Shown here: piece after piece, positions 57,937 to 64,000 of the stretch
Layout: each line of letters begins with the position of its first letter
Numbering within the stretch: position 1 is the first letter of the stretch
IMG/VR virus record: IMGVR_UViG_3300044957_000763
Location: 310,001-374,000 of that record
DNA length: 64,000 bases
Direction: 5' to 3' (one strand)
Made by a program: the position numbers and the translations under genes
The notes under the pieces: generated by a model
Seen by the model: only the letters and a program-made list of their open reading frames with translations
Databases searched by the model: none
What the model was told of the DNA's origin: nothing

Positions 57937-58224
57937 ATGGAAGATAACAAGACAGGTTTTCAACTATGCCTGGAGCGTGCCGCCGTCAAGGTAGCATGGG
58001 GCATTCTCGTCACTACTATGGCACTCCCCACTGCATGGAAGTGGGCGGTCGCCATCGACCCTGATGGCATCTTGGGCGTCACGATTGCGCTTGGCTTCCT
58101 TGGAAGCGTTGCGCTAACGCCACTGATGCTTGGATGCGGGTTCGCATCCGATGACTTGCGCAAGGCACGACGTATATGGCGTGCTTCACGACCAAGCCGG
58201 TCCCGGAACCACCGAATCGGCTAA
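57937..58224 (+). CDS. small membrane protein
   Basis: Two hydrophobic segments. Confidence 0.65.
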   Translation: MEDNKTGFQLCLERAAVKVAWGILVTTMALPTAWKWAVAIDPDGILGVTIALGFLGSVALTPLMLGCGFASDDLRKARRIWRASRPSRSRNHRIG

Positions 58225-58277
58225 ACCACTTATCATCGCCAAGCAAGAAAGCAAAGCGATAAAGGAGCAACAACACA

Positions 58278-58475
58278 ATGATGAAGGTTCTTAAATTTGA
58301 CGCAAAGACTGGTGTAGCCACCATCGAACTTCAACTCGACATGAAAGGTCGCCCGTCGACCTCTGGCAAGACCACCGTTCACTTCAGCACGAACGGAAAC
58401 CAGCGCGTTGATGAAATCCAGGTGGGCGGTCGCCCGTTGGTCATCGGCATCAACGCCTACACTCCCAAGGGGTAA
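58278..58475 (+). CDS. conserved small protein (PS.SGKT...ST.GN type)
   Basis: AAGGAG SD. Confidence 0.75.
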   Translation: MMKVLKFDAKTGVATIELQLDMKGRPSTSGKTTVHFSTNGNQRVDEIQVGGRPLVIGINAYTPKG

Positions 58476-58549
58476 CACCTATATCGCCGGTCCCGGAACC
58501 CGCCTAGTGCGGGTTCCCCTACAATGTCCCAAGGGACAGGAGCAACACG

Positions 58550-58789
58550 ATGCCAAAGCAAGACACAAGTATCGTCAATGCCGTTGCACAATACACGCAA
58601 CGCCAGACTCGTCAGCAGGTCAAAAGGTTGCTGATTCGTGCCGATAAACTCAACGGCGACCGGCTTGCCCGCATCCCTGGTGCCGGGGATGAGTTACGCA
58701 AGCTCTTGGACAAAGTCGCAACCTTAGACCAAAAGGCTGCCCATGATTTTGCCGTGAGCATCGGGTGGGGCGACCGAATCCCCGCATAA
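58550..58789 (+). CDS. hypothetical protein
   Basis: AGGAG SD in the extended leader. Confidence 0.7.
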   Translation: MPKQDTSIVNAVAQYTQRQTRQQVKRLLIRADKLNGDRLARIPGAGDELRKLLDKVATLDQKAAHDFAVSIGWGDRIPA

Positions 58790-58854
58790 ATCGCCGGTCC
58801 CGGAACCCCGCTAGGCGGGGTTCCCTAGCAATGTCCCAAGGGACAGGAGGCACC

Positions 58855-59070
58855 ATGAAGGTAGTTGATATTAGCCTGACCGCAACGTCGGAAGGCACGC
58901 TTGTCAATCTCCGCAACGCTCTCGGCCAACGCGTTGCGAAAACCCACTTGCCAGGATGCGGGGACTTTAACGTCCTCGGTTGCGATGTCATGGTCAAGAT
59001 GCCGGCAAACCTCGTCCGCTCGCTTCTGAAAGGGAAGGGTGCATACATCACGACCAACAAGACCGCCTAA
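58855..59070 (+). CDS. hypothetical protein
   Basis: GGAGG SD; in-frame upstream ATG at 58831. Confidence 0.7.
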   Translation: MKVVDISLTATSEGTLVNLRNALGQRVAKTHLPGCGDFNVLGCDVMVKMPANLVRSLLKGKGAYITTNKTA

Positions 59071-59137
59071 TCGCCGGTCCCGGAACCCCGCCTAGCGGGG
59101 TTCCCTACCAATGTCCCAAGGGACAGGAGGAACAAGC

Positions 59138-59242
59138 ATGAAACTCGCCATCTCCCTCGTCGTAGTCTACGGACTGGTCTTTCACACGACCATGACCGTT
59201 GTCATCGTTGTCGCGTTAGCGGTAATCAAGGCGATGAAATAA
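59138..59242 (+). CDS. 34-aa hydrophobic peptide
   Basis: GGAGG SD; in-frame upstream ATG at 59111. Confidence 0.55.
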   Translation: MKLAISLVVVYGLVFHTTMTVVIVVALAVIKAMK

Positions 59243-59572
59243 CGCGGCCCCGGAACTCAACCGCGTCCGCCTACCTAAAACATGGCAAGCAAGGTGCAAT
59301 CATGAAGTATTGAACGGAACGAAATTTGGAACCGACAAGCCGGGGGTGGTGCCCCGGCTCCACAAGCCATGCCGGCCCCGGACATCGAAGATGCCGGCGG
59401 TGATTAACTCCCGCCACAAACTCTTTGGTCGCCGCGGCCTGGCTGGCGACCAGCTTTGCGTTTCTCTAAGGATAGGGGGTGGCATCAAGGTTTAGGTACC
59501 ATATCTGAAATAGTAACGTCCGTATACGGGATGTTATTTTTTCTCTGTGAGCCACATAGGGGGGTGGACCTA

Positions 59573-60340
59573 GAAAACCGATTTTTGATTTGAAAAGGCC
59601 ATTTTCGAAAAAATACCACACAAAAATTTAGCTTAAAGTTTTTGACCCTTGAATTCTGACCATGATATGTTTTCAATAAACCACTTTGGCACACTCTTTT
59701 TGTGTTTGCCCCTGTGACATGTGGCACACAACAGCTCGCATTTGTCTAACTCTTTGGTAATTGCATCAATGTTATATGAATCGCTCTTATTTATTTCAAA
59801 CAATTTGTCTCTTGTGTGGTGAAAATCAAATTCACCAAAATCGTCAAAGCGATTAGACTCTCGACCACAAGATTCGCACCGCCACCCCTTATATGACATA
59901 CAAAAATAACGATACTTGTATCTATTGAATGAATTACGACATGTAATGCACAACTGTTGTTTGCGCTTGCCTAAAACTGTATTACAGCATTGACAAGTAT
60001 AATAGTCAGGTTTGGGCACACGAGTTCCTCTAGCAATGTATGGTTGTCTAGTAGTATGCGCAACTGGCAATCGTTCTGCGTTTTCACCACAATACGGTTT
60101 ACACTTAAAACAGTTCAGGCGTTTATACCCACCAACTCTAACACCAACAGAAACAACAGGTCTTGCATTAAATAACTCGCCACATGTCTTACAAATCTTT
60201 GTCATGTTTGTTTTATACAGTCATCTAGTTCGTATTTTTTCAAATATGGTACCCCCGGTGGGTCGGAAAAACCGATTTTGGTTTGAAAAGGGCCATTTTC
60301 GAAAAAATACCGCACAAAATTTTTGCCAAAAGTTTTCGAC
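59573..60340. repeat. ~75-bp imperfect A/T-tract direct repeats (59573-59646, 60266-60340)
   Basis: AAAACCGATTTT..TTTGAAAAGG(G)CCATTTTCGAAAAAATACC.CACAAAA in both copies. Confidence 0.85.
59633..60205 (-). CDS. zinc-finger HNH endonuclease
   Basis: YKG.RCESCG, FDFHH, ELDKCELLCATCHR..H; several N-terminal CxxC. Confidence 0.85.
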   Translation of the reverse strand: MTKICKTCGELFNARPVVSVGVRVGGYKRLNCFKCKPYCGENAERLPVAHTTRQPYIARGTRVPKPDYYTCQCCNTVLGKRKQQLCITCRNSFNRYKYRYFCMSYKGWRCESCGRESNRFDDFGEFDFHHTRDKLFEINKSDSYNIDAITKELDKCELLCATCHRGKHKKSVPKWFIENISWSEFKGQKL

Positions 60341-60376
60341 TTGCAAAATCCGGGCGCATGTGGTAAACTGGTTGTA

Positions 60377-60490
60377 ATGAGCGTTGCTTTGCCTGAAACA
60401 CCGATACAGCCTGAACCTGGAGCTGAAGTTCCACCACCGCAACAACCACCGAAGGCACCTCCTGTGAGTCCGCCGGAGGACGACCAATGA
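60377..60490 (+). CDS. 37-aa Pro-rich peptide
   Basis: Manual ORF MSVALPETPIQPEPG...; TGGTAAACT upstream. Confidence 0.45.
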   Translation: MSVALPETPIQPEPGAEVPPPQQPPKAPPVSPPEDDQ

Positions 60491-60502
60491 CAGGGGATAG
60501 AC

Positions 60503-61045
60503 ATGACAATTAGAAAAATCACACCTGTTAAGCCACGCTCTGAGTTCAACTGTACACTGTACTTAGCAGATTTGGGTATCGCTATCAAAATGCAAGGCCA
60601 CACAAGCTATCAAAGCCATGGTTGGCGAGACCACATTCTTATGTTGACATTTACCCCATCATACCCGCAACAAGCGGTGTATCATGGTTCTCAAAATGTC
60701 GTTGTGTTTCATGAGGCTGGCCGCACACATCATTTAACTAACTTGCGTATTCACAAGTTACACAATGGTTCGATGTATTTGGAGTGCAATGGTGTCAACC
60801 TGGTGCAATTCGAAGAACCAGCTTGCGAGTGGTTCTCATTCGACTTGGCACGATTTGATGAAGTCCTGCAGTTGCCACGGCCTACCATGGATGGTTTTTG
60901 GTGGCGGTATTCTGAAAGTCACCATGAATCTAGCTTATGTGTAGAGTATAGATACACAACACGCCAGCCCAGCGTAAATTCTCTTGGCACAAAATACATG
61001 AAACCCAACAAGTTGGACATAATGCTCGAGGAGTTAGTACAATGA
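60503..61045 (+). CDS. hypothetical protein (C-terminal LDxxL)
   Basis: ORF in a translationally coupled run. Confidence 0.75.
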   Translation: MTIRKITPVKPRSEFNCTLYLADLGIAIKMQGHTSYQSHGWRDHILMLTFTPSYPQQAVYHGSQNVVVFHEAGRTHHLTNLRIHKLHNGSMYLECNGVNLVQFEEPACEWFSFDLARFDEVLQLPRPTMDGFWWRYSESHHESSLCVEYRYTTRQPSVNSLGTKYMKPNKLDIMLEELVQ

Positions 61046-61725
61046 AAAAGCCAGTTGCAATCAAACGCGTCGACCAGGGTTCACGGGGAATTTCTGACAG
61101 TATCAGCACAAAGACATTGCTCAAAACCCATAGAGTGCGCAATTTATTCAGGAATCATTACATTGGCCATCTGTGGAATTCCTCAGAGAGCCACGAAGAC
61201 GACACCTGCCACATCCAGATTACATGGGCTGAAAAAGACTCTGATGGTCTCAGTTTACTAATTGACCCTGGTTTTGAGTATGCGATTGGCGAGTGTCTTA
61301 AAGACAAACACATGAAGCACTCTGGTGCAGTGAGCGAAGCTCAATCTCAATGGTTCCGCGCATTCGGCCGCAGAAACGACGGCATGCTGGCTATCAACCC
61401 ACTTGACAGGGTTTTGGAATACGAAAAGTACTTCGGCAATAACATCGCGCAAGACCGCATTGCCTATGCAGAGGTCGTTCCACCTGGCAACGTGCTTTGC
61501 TTTAGCTGGCTAAAAGCCAACTACATGCACTTAGAATTCAATGAAGACCGCACAGTAGACGTGTGGATGAAATACCATACTCAAATTAACCCTAAAATGT
61601 ATGCTTCGCCAGACGATATTGATTATGATGAGGATGAAGAAGAATTTATTGATTCAATGCTTGTAAATATTCGTGGACTTCAAGGGGCGTCCATGTTGGA
61701 TGAACTACTCAATGGGCTCATATAG
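61042..61725 (+). CDS. hypothetical protein (C-terminal LDxxL)
   Basis: ATGA overlap; GAGGAG SD. Confidence 0.75.
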   Translation: MKKPVAIKRVDQGSRGISDSISTKTLLKTHRVRNLFRNHYIGHLWNSSESHEDDTCHIQITWAEKDSDGLSLLIDPGFEYAIGECLKDKHMKHSGAVSEAQSQWFRAFGRRNDGMLAINPLDRVLEYEKYFGNNIAQDRIAYAEVVPPGNVLCFSWLKANYMHLEFNEDRTVDVWMKYHTQINPKMYASPDDIDYDEDEEEFIDSMLVNIRGLQGASMLDELLNGLI

Positions 61726-62281
61726 AACACCAATTAAGCACGACTGGCGATTAAGGAATATTGTTTATGTGTTTCTTGGTGATGCCAACCTGGTCATGCG
61801 TATCGAACTAAGTGTGGTTCAAAAGCCATCTTGGTATGACAAAAGGGTTTGGCTTGCGTGTCACATGCACGAAATTCAGTATGCACCGTACTCAGGGCAT
61901 TTGAACATGATACACACGCCAGCAACGCGCCGAACTCACCCGTTGATTTCATTCAAATTAAACAACAACGTGTGCGCGAACGATAAAGTCCGCTGGGTTA
62001 TTCTTGAGATTAACGCCATTGACAAATACGAACACCCATCCATACCAGAAGATTTCCAATATCTAAGCCCTCTCGATGTCATACGCATATCAAGATGTCC
62101 GGTTCCACAGCGACTTGACATAGATTGGAGTGCCGGGCATAAAACCTCCACCTTAGAAATGTCCGCAGTAAGTCAGGAGACTGGAACACCAACCGATGCC
62201 GGCGCAAGAAGGCGCATGGAATCAGACCCAAGCTACCTTGATGACATATTCCAAACATGGGGTTTGGCAAATATCACATAG
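61712..62281 (+). CDS. hypothetical protein
   Basis: Start moved to ATG 61712. Confidence 0.65.
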   Translation: MGSYRTPIKHDWRLRNIVYVFLGDANLVMRIELSVVQKPSWYDKRVWLACHMHEIQYAPYSGHLNMIHTPATRRTHPLISFKLNNNVCANDKVRWVILEINAIDKYEHPSIPEDFQYLSPLDVIRISRCPVPQRLDIDWSAGHKTSTLEMSAVSQETGTPTDAGARRRMESDPSYLDDIFQTWGLANIT

Positions 62282-62299
62282 TTATGGTATACTAATACC

Positions 62300-62824
62300 A
62301 TGAGCAAACGAACACCATTGAAGAAAGGGGAGACCGGTTACGCCTATGTGTTTTTGTCTGACCCAGGCGTTGTGTTAAAGATTCGAGGTAGTGTTGAGCA
62401 TTATTCATGGAATGGCAAGCGTTTGCATTTGGATATGAAGTCCAAGAGTATTTCGATTGCAGAGTACACCGGGAACCGTGACATTGTGTATTTCCCTGGC
62501 GTTGACCGTTGCCGTCCACTAGAGAGTTTTGATTGTTATTTCAGCAATAGTGGTTCTGAGCGTATCACGATGGAATTTAATGGCGTTGACACTGCTAATC
62601 GGCCGCAGGTTCCAGATAATTTTGACCCCAACGCATCTACGTTGAATCTTTTACGTCATTTACGTGTACCACCTCCGGTGAGTATACGGTTGAATTGGGT
62701 TGCATCAGACTATCGCAGTAAGCAGTCAAAATATTCATGCAAGCTGGAGTGCGTAGAGGGCGACCGTAAGACTTCTTCTCGTCGTCAGAGTGAAGTGGAT
62801 AGAGTTTTAGATTCACTGCTATGA
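62300..62824 (+). CDS. hypothetical protein
   Basis: TGGTATACT 6 nt before ATG. Confidence 0.75.
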   Translation: MSKRTPLKKGETGYAYVFLSDPGVVLKIRGSVEHYSWNGKRLHLDMKSKSISIAEYTGNRDIVYFPGVDRCRPLESFDCYFSNSGSERITMEFNGVDTANRPQVPDNFDPNASTLNLLRHLRVPPPVSIRLNWVASDYRSKQSKYSCKLECVEGDRKTSSRRQSEVDRVLDSLL

Positions 62825-63531
62825 AACCAAGAGTTTACAAAGACCTAAGGTCAAAGCACCGCTATCAAAGCAGTTCTTTCTGGGTCACTCTTGTAAAAAA
62901 GGGCTACCACCCTCGGACTGGCGCACATAAGCCTACAGTGAGCGTTGCAGATTACAACGATTATCTTCTCGAGGCGCAATTGAATGCTGGTTTCTTTGAA
63001 TTTGATGGTTGGAGCTATCCAGTTATTAGTTGGTCGCTTGTCGGCCGCGTGCATGACGACAGATATGATTACACCAGGTGTTTTTATGAACTTGTGCTGG
63101 GTACAACCGCATTGCCAGCTCGCAAGCCCGAGCGGATTATTTTGGACAACGAGCGTGGCTACGGTGTGCAAGACGCCAAGACAAGACACTGTTATCGGAT
63201 TAGCAACTATCGTTGCAAGCTGGTTAAGAAAAGCGTGAACGTTGACCAGTCGCACCATGTCATAGTTGTTTCAATGAAATACTATCACTATGACGCATTA
63301 AAGTATTGGCTCAAAACCAACGATGTTGTTTCTTTCAACCATATGCTATACTTGGTTCTAGGCTGTGAAGATATTCCTCGCCACGGTGCGTTGAAGAAAG
63401 ACGGCACACCTTATTGCAGCAACAATGTTTATGTTCAATTGAAACTCAAGGCCCCAGGCCGCAAAATCCAATACGACCATGAACGGCCCAGAAGCATTTT
63501 AGACGAGATACTTGAGAATGTACATTTATGA
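62821..63531 (+). CDS. hypothetical protein (C-terminal SILDEILE)
   Basis: ATGA overlap. Confidence 0.75.
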   Translation: MKPRVYKDLRSKHRYQSSSFWVTLVKKGYHPRTGAHKPTVSVADYNDYLLEAQLNAGFFEFDGWSYPVISWSLVGRVHDDRYDYTRCFYELVLGTTALPARKPERIILDNERGYGVQDAKTRHCYRISNYRCKLVKKSVNVDQSHHVIVVSMKYYHYDALKYWLKTNDVVSFNHMLYLVLGCEDIPRHGALKKDGTPYCSNNVYVQLKLKAPGRKIQYDHERPRSILDEILENVHL

Positions 63532-63925
63532 CGACCGTTGGATATTGAAGAAACCTCTAACGATTGTCGAGTTCAATTTAGACGAGGTTACTATTTTCGA
63601 ATGCAGGGCTCTGAGCGGAGAGTTTTACAACAATCGTCTTCGCAAGTTAATTGTAGCCGACCTCATCAATATTCATCGCGCAGAAGCCTACGATGGTCAC
63701 AGCACGCCAATTACTGAATCCTTTCGCATTCAGCATGGAGAACCAATGCCCAACACACGTTATATTGGAATTGCACAAACAGCGTGTGTAGTAGACCGTT
63801 ATTTCCGCATTCTATCGCAGCGCGTTACGTCCCCAGTAGGTTATTTCATGGGCATATACGAGCTCGCTGGCTTACCTGGAGAGGGGCAAGGTATGCTGGA
63901 CGATGTGCTAGAGGAGTTTGTATGA
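63518..63925 (+). CDS. hypothetical protein (C-terminal MLDDVLEE)
   Basis: Overlaps the upstream stop. Confidence 0.7.
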   Translation: MYIYDDRWILKKPLTIVEFNLDEVTIFECRALSGEFYNNRLRKLIVADLINIHRAEAYDGHSTPITESFRIQHGEPMPNTRYIGIAQTACVVDRYFRILSQRVTSPVGYFMGIYELAGLPGEGQGMLDDVLEEFV

Positions 63926-64000
63926 GTGAATTAGAACTTGAAATAATTACAACCAGCTTGCTTCTGGCCGCGTTCTGTGTGTACCATGTTGTTCGGGGTG

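Larger units (their letters stand above)
10264..59382 (+). repeat. dispersed same-strand decamer CGG(C/T)CCCGGA (~85 copies), mostly 37-38 nt upstream of start codons
   Basis: Copies e.g. 10264,10303,10841,12017,17221,17950,22542,23415,27184,29483,31149,36020,38654,40804,41526,42833,44464,46430,48385,50311,52478,54271,56550,58488,59245; none seen outside this span. Confidence 0.95.

Noticed and set aside
10264-59382. CRISPR array
   Set aside because: The repeat is only 10 nt, the intervals run from 39 nt to several kb and contain whole genes, and no cas genes are present
10264-59382. Classical integron with attC sites
   Set aside because: No consistent RYYYAAC/GTTRRRY ends, many junctions have no hairpin, and no tyrosine recombinase is in the window; a non-classical cassette system is not excluded
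10264-59382. REP/BIME elements or plain terminators
   Set aside because: Strict strand bias, fixed distance to start codons and many copies without a palindrome are not explained by these
1-64000. Stop-codon recoding
   Set aside because: TAA, TAG and TGA all end genes at natural boundaries, and coding density is high with the standard code

Overview
The window reads as part of a large (jumbo-type) phage genome, or less likely a megaplasmid. It has dense, almost all + strand genes, no housekeeping operons, its own sigma factor, a tRNA, NrdG, a DNA ligase and an HNH gene. The main feature is a ~49 kb array (10.26-59.4 kb) of >100 short genes punctuated by ~85 same-strand copies (manual count) of the decamer CGG(C/T)CCCGGA. 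In ~60 copies the decamer begins 37-38 nt before the next start codon, usually with no Shine-Dalgarno (SD) and no -10 box. It often also forms one arm of the previous gene's terminator hairpin, and it changes from the C to the T variant at 41.5 kb. Outside the array, many genes have a sigma70 -10 box about 6 nt before the ATG, so leaderless mRNA looks normal here. My best inference is that the decamer is a second, element-specific promoter class giving leaderless terminator-promoter-gene modules for early/host-takeover cargo. It may also act as a recombination joint. Other signals: tandem paralogues built of 26-aa repeats (1-1.7 kb); an origin-like locus at a strand-skew switch (2.5-3.3 kb); an atypical tRNA-Gln; a candidate ~500-nt structured ncRNA (9.7-10.2 kb); an HNH gene between direct repeats (59.6-60.3 kb); and a shared C-terminal LDxxL helix on unrelated proteins at both ends. 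All family calls come from motif recognition by eye, not database searches.
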